Shown here in pieces: positions 12,901-26,200 of a DNA stretch of 64,000 nucleotides. The notes under the pieces were generated by a model, which had not been told where the DNA came from, searched no databases, and worked only from the letters and a program-made list of their open reading frames with translations. The DNA is from Ascidiella aspersa. Its lineage: Eukaryota. Made by a program: the position numbers and the translations under genes. The stretch covers positions 11,842,001 through 11,906,000 of the forward strand of contig OZ004607.1 in assembly GCA_963924565.1 (NCBI GenBank). The letters run 5' to 3'. The stretch's first letter is position 1. Each line of letters opens with the position of its first letter.

Positions 12901-15900
12901 CTTCTCTAATTTAAATGCTAAACGATTGCATACGACAGTTCCGAAGCTTTGGGGTAAAATCATTAGCGCTCCTGAGAGCGAGATCATGACTTGTGAGCCG
13001 CAATTAATGTTACACAAAATTTAGATATCGTAATAATACCTAAATTTGCTTATCGTTCTAGTACTTTCCAGGTGGATTCGTTTTTATATATCGGATGATC
13101 CCCAAGAGAGTCCCTTGAGCGTCATATTCATGTACGACGTGTACTTCACGCCTTGGAGCAGATATGCAATATATTTGATTGGGATGCTTACCGGCTATTT
13201 GCTTTACAAAAAGGATGGCAAACTTAAAATGAATAAGGTAGGGCCTATGCCTAAAAGCGATACCATATTTTTTACAACTTTGGCAAATATAATATGATTG
13301 GAAGATAGAATTTTAACCAAAGATAGGTTTAAATTATACGAAAGTGTTTGGCATAGTTATCACGAACTTTGTGTAAAAGTGCCATAAACTAAATACAGAC
13401 GAAATTCGTCGAATTAAAGGGAAAAAAAGATGATGAATAGAGTGAGCAAAGTAAGTATTTCAGTTTCCTAGTTTGGTTGATTTTAACTGTTTGTCGTTTT
13501 TTTTAATATTCAGTTATTGCTTTACATTTTACACCACATAAACAAAACATCCAGTTCAGTAAATGAAAAAAGACTGTTAAAATTTTGCGTCGAAAATTGT
13601 TTGATTAGAATTTTAGTTTTTCAATGTTTTGGCATTACAAAATTCTCTATAGTGGCAAATCCTTTTGAATTTTATGATGTCGTAACGATATTAACCAGAA
13701 AATATTTGCTTTAAAAAATGGTTTACTAATTAACTATCAGCACGCCGGCAAAGGTAAATTTTATTTTGAAAAGTGGTAAAAATAGGCCATTAGGGTCCGC
13801 ATAGCGTACCGGTGAAATATATTTTCCAGGTACGTGGAATCGGTAAAAAATGTTCCATTTTACCACACCAAGTCCCTTTATCACCATAAGCCATCGCGAC
13901 ATTTTAGTTGTATAAGATTTCAGTTGTATTTGTTCACTACGTCGAACGATAACCCATGGTTTCCTTATCATAGGTTACTTGTTCATAGGACGTCCCACTG
14001 TGATGTAACTTCGTAATGTCATTTCTAAAAATCTTTATGCGTCCGATAAGATCATTTGACAGCGATCCATTGAGAAAGTTATTGTACTTTTATCCCGGTT
14101 GTCACACGGTAAATGACTTCGAGACTAGCGAACATGGTTATACTTCGGCCTATACCAACATTGGTAGACGTGCAGTAGACAAAACACTTATTTCCCCCCA
14201 GCTTTACCTAACCTCGAGTTCAAATAAAAACGTCTTTTAAGTTTGTTGTTGCCATCGGCTGGACTCTTTCAACCGCGTTCGCCGCTGCAATAATCTACGG
14301 ATTGTTCAACCATGTACAGAACGTTGAACCCGTGAGTGACGAAATGACGGGTTTCTACCACGGGGCTTCGCGACCCGCTTGGGCTCTTTGTATGGCTTGG
14401 GTCGTGGTTGCCTGCTCTTCAGGCTACGGAGGTAGGCATAGTTGGCAAACTGCGCCTATCGTGTGACTATTAGGAAGCCCTTGTCTTCAGATATATGTAT
14501 GACAACCAAACGTCACATGAAATTACCCCTCTTGCATGTTTGTATCAACTTTAAGTGGCAAAATACACATATATAGAATGTATAAATAGAATATTTAGGT
14601 TTTTATTTTTTACTTAGCAGGAAACATTTTTAACTGCGGTCATAAAATAGGTGATTTCATAAAAAGGACTGTTAAGCAGCATATTGTAGTGATTCAACTA
14701 TAGCACATAAATGGATTGAATTTTAATTAAATAATAAAGATATGCTTAAGTTAAAAAAACTAAGTTTTATTAGTGACTAGTGTTTTGGTATGCGTAATCA
14801 AGAAAAAAACAACTTTATAAGCACTATTTCAATCATTCATGCCGAACTTGCTATAAATCGAAAATACAAGTGAAATGATACAAGCCAAATTTTCTCGCGT
14901 ATTACTTGCTGAAATACCATTTTGTCTGAGACATATTGTTACACATTTAATTTTTACATCCTCTAAACTGGTTATAGGTCCTGTTACCACGTTCCTCAAT
15001 TGGAAGGTGTTTACCCCTCTCAGCCGGCTTACTTACAGCACTTATCTTTGCCACATTATGGTGTTGTTCTACTACATCGGTTCGCAAGAGAAGCCCTTGC
15101 ACTTTCTGATGCTTAACATGGTTTATATACATTTGGGTAGGTTTCTGTTTCATACATTAACTTAAAGAAAGTTAATTATTTTTTTCTCGGGGTGTAAGAA
15201 TTTTAATGTGGTACGTCTTTAGTATGCTAATGGTTGAATCAATTAAAATGCCGTCCTCTTTTCGTGTTACTCTTTAACGTTTTCCTTTTCGTTTTTTTCA
15301 GGTACGGTGGCAATTTCCTTTGGAATTGGCTTTCTTCTTACCCTTGCCGTGGAATGGCCAATGATCGGTCTGCTTAAACTAGCTTTCCCTCCGAAACGGG
15401 TCGCAGCTCGACCAATCAGCAACGACCTAAACATGGAACAAACCAACGTACAACCACCAGAAGAAGATTTTTCTGGGGCGGTACACGATTTAAACAAAGG
15501 TTCGCTATGTTACAGGATTTTGCTGCTTTCGCTACCTATATATTAACTATTAGCCTATAGGGTGTAGCACTATATAAATCGAGATAGCACTACAAGGGCT
15601 GCCCAATCTGTTGGTTGTGCAAAAGTGTTTAAGGGGTGACGAGTAGGCCTACATTAACTGAACTTCAACGCTTGAAGAAAAGCAAACACCAAAAAGCATT
15701 TTGTTTATCGCTGTAAAACGCAAAGGGGCTTTCTGATGAACTCCTGCAATCCAAAAAAGGCATTTGTTAACTATTAAGGTTCTTAATATTCGTGGGATTC
15801 GAAATTTGGAAACCGTCCAAAAACTTTGAATTACCAACCCAGACAAAATAACACTTGCAATGAAACGACGCAGCAGTAAAGTTTCGCATAAAATTAGCAT

Positions 15901-16253
15901 ACAATTAAATATATGACCCACTTGTGCATTTTGTAGGGATTAAGGTCGTGTGTGGTACCCGCGCAATGAAAAGGTTTGCCATACCTGGTTTAGAGCAACT
16001 GGCCTATGGCAGTGTAAAAATCTAACATATTGATTATATGTTATCTGTATAAAAAGTTTAAACTAGGATATGACATTAAACCTATATTTAAAAAAACTTG
16101 GTTTTGTCAGTTCCTGTAGAGGGTCACAACAATGTTGGATACTTCCATGACAATGGAGCGATCGTCCAGCCCAATAAAGTACCGAGAAGTGGACCACCAT
16201 CCTATCACAGCGAGGATACTGCAGAAGTGACTGAAAAGATTCATGCATTTTAG
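7000..16253 (+). CDS. nrf-6: NRF-6/OACYL-like acyltransferase-3 paralog B, 15 exons, about 794 aa
   Basis: Exons 7000-7229, 7691-7824, 8248-8399, 9343-9539, 9744-9835, 9993-10151, 10221-10410, 10626-10794, 10894-10973, 11436-11561, 13072-13237, 14242-14431, 14978-15136, 15302-15499, 16111-16253 sum to 2385 nt in one frame. Motifs RYIRLTPAY, WWTNLLYI, CFGVAWYLSNDM, PWSRYAIY, FTPLSRLTYSTYLCH, LAVEWP. Confidence 0.93.
11568..12321. mobile_element. hAT-type MITE in intron 10 of B
   Basis: TIR TAGTGGTTCTCAACC / GGTTGAGAAATCCTG. Perfect 8-bp TSD GCGTAAGC at 11560-11567 and 12322-12329. Confidence 0.9.
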
Positions 16254-16378
16254 ACGCTAAATGTTGTTTAATTGTTTTCAATTTGTTGTAATTTTCTGTG
16301 TTAATGTTTCATTCTTCACCACTTTCATTTCTTAATTTTTATGTAGCAGAAAAGATAAAAGTGTATCACCCTTTGCAA

Positions 16379-16384
16379 AATAAA
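16379..16384 (+). terminator. Candidate polyadenylation signal of B
   Basis: AATAAA about 125 nt after the stop codon. Confidence 0.45.
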
Positions 16385-18191
16385 TAAGTAAACCTATGTA
16401 AAATATTGAACTGAATAACAAGCATGTTGTACGGTTAAAGTATTACTAAATACTAGAACATAAACCTAACATTTTTTCTGACCTGAATTTTCATTTTTTC
16501 TGACCTGAGGTTGCCTTATACAGTTCTAGGTTTGCGACGCTCAAAAATCGTGTATCAATTTACGACCCACTTTGTCTTTATCATATGTTACTAAATTAAC
16601 TGTATTACGAGTCTGTTAAACAAAGCTTAGTTTAAAATCCAAATATTAAACTTAATTTTGCAAGAAATACAGGGATTTTGCGTTATACATCCTTTTTAAA
16701 TACATCCGTTTCAATTGAATTTTAATGTACACGGCAACGACTTAAGTCTTGCAAGAACAAGTTGAATTGATAAACAATACAGTTTTATCAATTTATTCGT
16801 TTATTTTTTTTCCAAGTTAAATGCATCAGTGACTAGTTTACGAAATTGAACAGTCAAGTTTACCGTTTAAACAATTTTAACAACCTTTTATATAGCTTTG
16901 TTTGTTAACAATATTAATATAGATCAGGAAATTACTCCATTCAGTAGTAAGAAATATAAAAGTTAAAAATTTAAAATAAGACTTTTTTGATATGAGACAA
17001 TAGGCTAGGGTTCTTAAAGTTTTTTTGAATCGAAGCCCGAAATAAATTTTTGTCTTCACGTAGATCAGGCACGATAGTTTTAGAGCTGACGTCAAAATTA
17101 GCGAAGCAATATCATGGGATGTTACGTCGTGTAAAATCATATACCCTACAAAAGTGCAATTATGAGGAAATTGTACCTTCTTCAAAAGAATTTTTGTGTC
17201 AATTAAATTAAAATAAATGCACCCCTTTCGCACTCATCTTTAATTTGCTTTAAGTTTGCGAGTTTGCTTAAAAACAACAAGTGTTTTATTTAGGATTAGG
17301 GAAGGTTGCCTGTGACGGGAGAGTTTTTTACAAATGATTATAATAGTTTTAAATAATTTCATGCCTACTTCATACGTCTGTCATAAACGCTTGAAAAACA
17401 CTTATAGCTTTGCCTCTAGTATTTTAACTTTTAAAATAAATCGTCTTGGAAAAACGTTATTGTGTCCCGTCTTCAGAAACCAGAGTTTCAAGTGTTGGGA
17501 CAGTGTGCTTCGCAAAATATGACAATCAGAATCCGTTATTTCAAATTGAATTTTCACCACAAGAATTAAAAACAACTTGAATACTACATAAATTCAAAAC
17601 TAACCTGTTTAAAGAGATTTCACAGAATCGTAAAACGAATTTGTTGTTATAAGCGAAAATAAATATATCGTGTCTCTTTGCTCATTGTTTTTCTACAAAC
17701 TTTTGAAAATGTATATTGTTTTAATTCTAATAGATGTGGTTTTCGTTTTAGTTAAGTTTTACCTGCATTGGCAATATTTGTTGACACGGTGATCAAATTT
17801 TACCGGATGATAGCTGAACCCTTTTTTATGGTTAGGAAAAACGTATGAAAGGCTTGTATTAAAGTTTTGCTATAGTTGAAAACTTGTGAACTATAACAAA
17901 AAATGCCACTTTTTTATAAAAAGTTAATTACATTTTTGACTATACCAGTTGCCTCCTTGTTATTATTTGTTTTCTGTTACTTTTAGTATTATTCCGTAAA
18001 ACGCCTTGAATATTTTCGTGTTATCCAGAATTTCCAACACTTTCCCAGTTAAGAAGCCCTAATTACAAAAAATACAAGTTCTACCAACACGAAATAATAT
18101 AGATATAAAATTAGCAAGAAAACACAACTAGTTTGTTTAGATTGATGTGTTGTAAATGCCCACCGCCTACCGAAATGTTGTTGTGCTAAAA

Positions 18192-18513
18192 CAGGGGTTC
18201 TTAAACTTTTTTCACCGCGGACCCCCCACATTATTTTTTGCTTCACGTGGACCCCTGTAGGCAAGAAATTATTAAAAATGACGTCTTAAATTGACGTCGC
18301 AATCAAATAGCCTGTCAGAAATGTGCTTATGATTTAAGTAAAAAGGAGTCTAACATCAGTGGTAAAACGTTTTATTTTTAATTAAACTCTTTTTTTTTTT
18401 AATTTGATAACTTTTTAAATGTACACTAATATTTTAATTTGGCCTTCATGGACCCCCTGAAATTAGTTCGCGGACCCCCAAGGGGTCCATGGACCCCAGT
18501 TTAAGAAACCCTG
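18192..18513. mobile_element. hAT-type MITE
   Basis: TIR CAGGGGTTCTTAAAC / GTTTAAGAAACCCTG, perfect TSD TGCTAAAA, subterminal GGACCCC repeats. Confidence 0.92.
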
Positions 18514-18614
18514 TGCTAAAATGATGGCTACCATGTGGTGCTTTAAAGCTAATGGCACATCGACTTATTTGCGATGTCCCGACTCAGGCAACGTCCTTCT
18601 AAGCCTAGGTCATA

Positions 18615-19171
18615 TAGTGGTTCTCAAAAATTGCTCGCAAAATAACACGTTGTTTTTACTCCTATCAATGGGACTGGTGCAAACTGCGACACAGTCTGCC
18701 TCTGCTTGGAGGGTAAAAAGCCGATCGTGATCGAAATCTTCACGGAAAACGTGAAACCTTTAACGAATCACTTAATTTGAGTGAAGCAATTACGAACTGT
18801 GACCTACAGCGCACAGTGACGCAGCAACCTGTAAAAACGTAATTCTCATTAGCACAACGCAAGACTATGACGTCACAATGCACAATTCCACTCAGAGCAT
18901 GCAATCATGTGAATGAACAACTAAACGCGTATAGGTCGATCCTGAGTTTGGCTATCTTTTTTTTGCCCACAATTAGGCATATGTACGAAATAGTTATTAT
19001 TATTGTGTTTGCTAAGCTTGGTTTGGAAAAGTAATTTGCTCGAAAATTTTGTTGCACATTTTTTTTTTTTTTTAGGAGCGTCGTGTTGATTTTTTGTTAG
19101 GTGCTTCGCGATCCCAGAAAATTGTCTCGCGGGTTCCAAAATGACCGCGGACCACAGTTTGAGAACCTCTG
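18615..19171. mobile_element. hAT-type MITE
   Basis: TIR TAGTGGTTCTCAAA / TTTGAGAACCTCTG; TSD unclear. Confidence 0.7.
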
Positions 19172-20297
19172 TTCTAGGAAAACCTTCCCCTAATTGTTTT
19201 ATGACCTAACTTTGTGACACCATTCCTGAAATAAAATAAACCCTGGAGCCGCCCCTGGTCACAAAGCAGGTAGATCTAAGAAACCTGCTGTTTTTACTGC
19301 AAAATTGTGAAAATGAAATGGAGTCCAAATACATTTAAGGAAACTTGTCAAAGCATTTTTTATTAAATTTTTTTCTAGTTAATTTACTTTTAAATTATAC
19401 ACCGAGGTAAACTAGGTCTACATCAACCACAAAAAACTAGTCCTCGTCGTCGAACCCCAATAAGTAGGTCAAGCATATTAACCAATATCAAATGTATTTC
19501 TTGTTATGGTGTCTGTAGTATTTACTGGCAGGATACGTGACACACAGCGACGTATAGAACACAAGTAATGCCGCCCCAAGTACTGCAAGAGTGGCGGTTA
19601 TATACAGGCACAGCAATACGTCATAAAGGTCGCACTCAACAATCCTATACAACACAGTATTATACAACAACTCTACAGTGTCAAAACCCTTTATCTCAGT
19701 ATAAATAAAACTGCTGTAATCTGTGCCAATAGTGAGGAGAACGGAGTCAGATTAAAACAGTAATTAGTAGGCTATTATTGAATGCCATAAAATTTGGACC
19801 TTGATCCTTTTGTGAGCGCTTGTGCATGACATCATAGAAATACGTTTGCTCTAGCGTGGTGAAACATTGTGTTATTAAAGGTGAGAAACAAGAAAACACT
19901 GGTAAAGATGCTTAAACAGGTTTAATTGTGCAGTATGATTTATTTATGTGCATCTTTATAGTTATGTAGCTTAACAAGAAATACTGGCCTAATAGCTCAT
20001 TTTTCCTCGGTTTAAATTGCGCAAAATCATCGTATACTGTTATCACAGTCCGCAAACAACTCGAGCACCCGATTTATCTCGTGAGTCAACACACTTACGT
20101 CCTTTGCGACTGATTTAGCACTGTTTAAAGTTCAGTATATGCGTATCCATTTACTTTGTCAAGGCCTCAATATAACATAACTAAAGTTAGCTGCAAAGTG
20201 AACTCTCTGTACGTACTTCGTTTGTTAAAACTCTCTGTACTTCGTTTGTTGCTTATTTCAAAGGTTTGTACATCGTTTAAAAATAGCACAAACTCAA

Positions 20298-23200
20298 ATG
20301 CGTATTGCTTTTATTTTGATTTTGGGACTTTTCCCGTTGTGCTTTGGCCAAAAGGGTCTGGTCAACTTTAACGCCTATAGACAAATCGGACTGAGCACTT
20401 ACACCGATTTAAAGGAAGACTTGCACCCAAGAGCCAGTCGAGAAGATTTGGATGGGATCGTTGATTTTCTGAGCAAGTTCCACGGATCACAAAAATCAAG
20501 AAATGAAATTTTGCAGCACATTCAAGGGTTGGTTGTTTACGCTATAGTTCCGATTTATAAGAAACAGCAACCGTCCTTTTGTAATTATTAAACAGAATTA
20601 TTAGATAGTGGGCCACTATTGGTCCCCTAAAGCAGGCACGTATAGTTTAACTAAGCAAAGGCAACGTTTTTTCACGCTCATCACGAACCTTATGTGGCTG
20701 TTTATATGTTTAGCCCATATTATGCAGAAATATTTTGGCCTTGAGCGCCGTTAGCACCATAAAACTCCCTAACAAAAATTTTTTAGCTAAACGGATGCAA
20801 TTTGGCTTCCTTGGATCTTTGTTTACAATTTTGACCCTAGTATTGACATATTGATTGTTGACGGCTATAAATATCTGCATCTTGTAACATATTATGATAA
20901 ACAAATAACCAAGTTGACTACAGGTTAGGCACAAGACTGCAATCTCCCATGAAAGATTCCAAAGAGGTCGCAACCGAAGAAGAAATATGGAGTTGCTACA
21001 CAAAATACCTGAAAATGATGATCGATTCTGCTAATGAAGTGCCATACGCCGTTCAAAGTAAGACCTGTGTGTTGCAAGTTGCAACTACCTAATTTAATAT
21101 CTTGACATAAGTGCATCTTATAGTCACTGTTTTCAAATTGCATGATTTTTTTTAATTAAGTATTTTGGATAAAATGGTTTGACTCGACTTGGGTAGTTTA
21201 AACAAATGACTTGGACTTGGACTCAGACTTCGCCAACTGGATTTGTTTCAGCTTTTTAAAATTAGGTTAGATTTAAAATTAGAGCATATCAGTTGTTGTT
21301 GCTGTAGTTGCTTCTGCATTAGTTCCAGACCCTTCCTAACTATGAGTTTGACAGCGGTTCCTCGTTCAGTCGTTCCGCGATCCCATCCTTTTTGTCTGAT
21401 GAGGGTTCAGGTATCCAAGGGTGGTAGGGTTAGCAGTTTGGTGGGGTTGGGGATGGAGTATCGCTGGGGGATAGCGAGGCGAAGGAAGAGGGGTTTGATT
21501 TTGGGGCAAGCTAATTCGGTGAGGGTGGGGTTATACTCGTTTATGATAGTCCAAGTTTGTTGATAATATGGCGACGGAAAAGCTGTATGGTGGAGAGTAT
21601 TTTTAATACGGAAGTCATATTCAATGATGGGCTTTGGGTGTCTGCGGGGAAAGTTATATTCAATGATGGGCTTTGTGTGTCTGCGGGGAAGTCCAGGTTA
21701 CGTTGCTTAAGGTATAGGGGCCAATGATAACGATGAGAAAAGAGATCGATGTAGAAGGGATGTTGACGACCGAGTAGCCCCCGTGGGGCGACTGGCCGCC
21801 AAGGGTTTCAAGGGGGGTGAGGGGGTTATGGGGGCCGATAAACTATTTAAGTAATTTTAGTTTCATTTTTTTTCTTACCGGGTTTGGGAGAGAATAGACG
21901 GCAGCTAGTTGCGGAAAATAAAAAAAGAGTGGGCAAAAGTTAGGATGTGGGTAAGCCAGCGGTAGGCTATGGAATCAAACACTTCCCCGTCGCCAATTCG
22001 TCTGTTGTATTCGTAGAAGGTTTATTGCGCAAGGGCGTAGCAGTAAAGTAGTATAAAAGAACGATTTATTTAATATATAAAATTCTGTTGTTTGTCTTTA
22101 CTGTTGCACGCAAAAAAGTTTGCTTGATACATTTTGCTGTTTTTTAATGGTTAAACATTTTAGTTTTTATGTAAATGACCTGACTTAAAGTGGACTTATT
22201 ATGGCCTTGTTAAAACTTGGCTTAGCTCTCGACCATTAAAGCTTTTACTATTCGAAACTGAATAAATTGTGTTTGGTTGGATCTGTGGTAACTTATGGAT
22301 AATTACTCGCAAAACGATACGGTAATAATATAAAATGCTATCTTTGAATTGCTAAATCGAAAAAATTACATTATTTCTTTTAATTTTTAATATGTAATCA
22401 AAATTGAATTACGAGTAGACCTAACCGAAAGCAAAAGGGTTACTGAAATCCAGTAAAGATCAAAATCGTTTCTACACTCTTATCTACTTGTAACATTTTT
22501 CTAGGCACAGATTCATGGGGCAGTGTGGAGCCTGGTTGGCTGATAGGCAACGTTCGTTGGCCCGGACACTATTACGAATGCATTGATGTAAAGCCTGAAA
22601 CCAACGATGATATGGACGGCAAATGGTGCAACTCTTACTGGGGATTTAAAGATATTGTAAGCGTAACTTAATCAGGGATGTATTTGCACTATCTGTGCGA
22701 TGTTTCTATTTATCTGGAAACACTGACTGTTCAATGCAGATCATGATGATGATGGTTATCAAACAAATTGTTTTCCAAAATGTGGCTCGATTCTCCAAAA
22801 ACAAGTTGTGCCGTGGCCCCAAATGTTTAAGAACCCAAATTTAGGAAGAAACAATGACGCTATACTCTTTTATTTCAATTTGCTACTGTCGTTTAATATT
22901 TTTTAGAATTACCCCTTGGGTTACCCAATCGACATTAGCTTTGGCCTTTGCATGCCAAATGTCTGCACAAAGGAAGCTATAGAGGCCCTCTTGTGGATTT
23001 CCATAGCTGGGAACGACACGGGTGCAAGGTTGCCACTGCAGTCAGTCTACTGCCCGGAGCCTCGCAGCGCTTATCAGATGTCCACCGCTACTATAATCGC
23101 CATGTAAGTGTATGTGAAATATAACATGAATATTCAGGTTAGATTAACTGTTACATTGAATGTCCTGAAGCGCTTTTCTTCCGTCCTAAATCGCCAAACT

Positions 23201-26200
23201 AAACAGAATTTCGAATTGTTCAAATGCTAAATCGTTAAACGCTAAATCGATGTGAAGTAGATTAGTGAATTCAATAATAAGTTGCCCATACCGCAGAGTC
23301 GTTTCCACATTTATTGGCATTTTGTTGGTGTCTGGGACGATTTGTGACATTACATTGAGGAGGAACCAACAAACATGCGATTCTACAACTGGTAAATTGT
23401 GTTTCATGATTTCAACAAACCCACAAAAACATAAGTTAAAGCAATATTTATTAATTTTGAAAAATACGTTTTCCGGCTTGTGGACAGCTAAAACCTAACA
23501 AAATGTGTTAAACAAAAACACGTTTTTGACCTTTCTTCGTAACAAAAATTAATTGTACTGACACCAATCTATGGTAAATATTTAACTGTTGAAAAATACT
23601 GAATTTTTACAAATATAAATTTAGTGTTTTATAACCTAAAGCATAGATTCGTTGCTATTATTTTTTAGTGAAAGTGGCTTTATGTTTCTCGGTAATTTCA
23701 AATGGTGAAATAATTTTGGACCTCGACAAAAAACGTGGCGCAATCCCTGTGCTTGATGGAATTCGTTTTATTTCTACTACGTGGGTAATTCTTGGCCACT
23801 GTCTGATCTTCATGTTATATGGACTTGGTAATTAGACTGGTTGCTGTTTATAATTTGTTTAACTAAAAACATAATTGTGAAATCATTGTCGGCAGATAAC
23901 GCAGGATATGCAGCTAGAGTAAGCCGAGAATCTTGGAGCCTTCTTCCTCTAATCAACGGGACGTTTTCGGTGGATACCTTTTACTTTCTTAGTGGCCTCC
24001 TGGTCGCTTACCTGGGTATCAAGCATTTAAACAAAACCAAAGGAAAAATTAATATACCGCTCATGTATTTACAACGGTATATGAGGTTGGTATGGCATCT
24101 ATGTTAGGGCTATCAGATTACGTACGTTAAAAACGTTCGTTAAAATTAAGTAACGAAAATGGGAAAAAGACGAATGGTTTGTTAATTAGCTGTTAACAGT
24201 ACTGATTGAGTCGGTTCTCAAAGATTGTAATGCACATAAAAGCACAGTTAATACCCTTAAAGATTCAATTTCTTTTCAACAGATTAACGCCTGCCTACGC
24301 CTATGCCATCTTGTTTTCCGTGGGGCTTTATAGGTATGTAGGACAAGGTCCCTTTTGGCAGGACATGGCCGAATTTCATGAGGAATCATGTCGGTATGAC
24401 TGGTGGACCAATTTACTTTACATTACAACCCTTTATCCTGCAACTCACGAGGTAGCCTACTTTAAGCTTATAGGAAATTTTTAATTATTTCCAGAACCTT
24501 TTTCTAAATAAAGAATTGCACCATGTAGGCCTAATGCAAACCATTTTTTCATACATTTCAATTTTCTAGTGCTTTGGAGTTGCGTGGTATCTCAGCAATG
24601 ACATGATCTTTTACATTCTTTCTCCTTTCGTTCTACTTCTTCTGTACTAGTAAGTTAAATATTATAGGGTTGTAAATAACGCAGCCCATATATCGGCGTT
24701 GTCTATTTTAAAATGATAAGAATTCACTTAAGTTTTTCGGAAAAAAGACTTGATCTTCCCTAATTCATTTGGACAGATGGCATGACTTAGACGTCTTTTG
24801 CGAATTCTATATAGGCCTACTTGACTTAAAGTAAGGTGTTTGAATTTAATACATTTTAGTAAATTAGGATTAAATTTAACCATAAATTACTAATTGTTTC
24901 GGATTTGAATGTTTGCTTTGTGAAATGTTGCTCAGAATAGAACGCGTTTACCAATTTCATTAAATTCGTATTTAGCCTTATGCAAGTAGTTTGACATGGA
25001 TTTAATTATCTTTCAAGCACCCTGTATGTTTTCATGCGAGAGAGGGCCAGTTGTTTTGCCCAACAAATCATTTCACATGTCTTGCTTTTTATTGAAATGT
25101 GTTTTTTAATTAAACTCTGTTTTAATGTTTAAATAGGTTTTCAACAAATGTACAAGCATTTTATTAGTAGTGTTTTTAAAGTGTTCAGTTTGTTTTCACT
25201 GAACTTTCTATAAGTGAAACCCATGGCACGTGGTTGGTAAATCAATTTCAAAGTTATTTCGGTAGTTTTATTAAATAAGGTGTTCGTTATGTTTTTGCGT
25301 TAAATAAACCTAATATTATATTTACTAACTCAATATGCAACGTCAACACACCTGTTATCTGTATTTCAATGGAACTCGATAAGTTTAGCGTAATTAGATT
25401 ACATACTTTTCTGCAGTGCTTTCTACGTTGGACTTGGAATAATCTGTTTCCTTATAGTTGGTTGTCAAGTTGCGTTGGCCCTTCTTGCGTCACACAACAG
25501 CATTCAGCCCAATCCTATTGGCATAATGCAAACAATGACAGTGTAAGTCATTAGTGATTGACAAGTATGCAGGCTTGCACAGTTGCACACTATCATTTAG
25601 AGAGTTATAATTCTGGTAATTAATATTATATGGCATTCATTATATGGCATTCACATTTGTCTTGCTGTGTAGGCTAGTTCGGGTGATTCTTACGTTAAAA
25701 TTATAACCCTGCAACTTCACCTTCTGCTTAACTTGTAGCCCACCCTACAACTTTACCTTCTGCTTAACGTGGAATCACGCTTGTGTAGAATTGTTTTTTA
25801 AATCATGGAAGTATTTTTATCACCGTGGAATTTCGTTTAATACTTAGCTTTCATTTTATGTGTTTTTTTTTAGCTGGATTCGAATATTTTTACCCGAAGT
25901 CCCAGAAGAAAGACCTTTAAGCGAAATATTCATGTACGATATGTACTTCCCGCCTTGGACGAGATATGCGATATATTTGATTGGGATGCTCACTGGTTAT
26001 TTGCTTTATATGAAGAACGGAAAAGTTAAAATGAACAAGGTTAGATCCCTAAAGTCATTTGAAGGGTCAGTTTTAACCTATTGAAAGATGCGCTAAATGC
26101 TGATATAATTTCAAAGTAATGGAATATAAATTAAATTGGGTTATTTCAGCAGAAAAATCCAATCTATTAAAAATATGGTGGTGTGACAAAGTTATAATAG

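Noticed and set aside
21243-21563. 106-aa ORF with a Cys run (also 33115-33435)
   Set aside because: Intronic, TTG start, the Cys run comes from a GTT/GCT microsatellite, and no recognisable domain.
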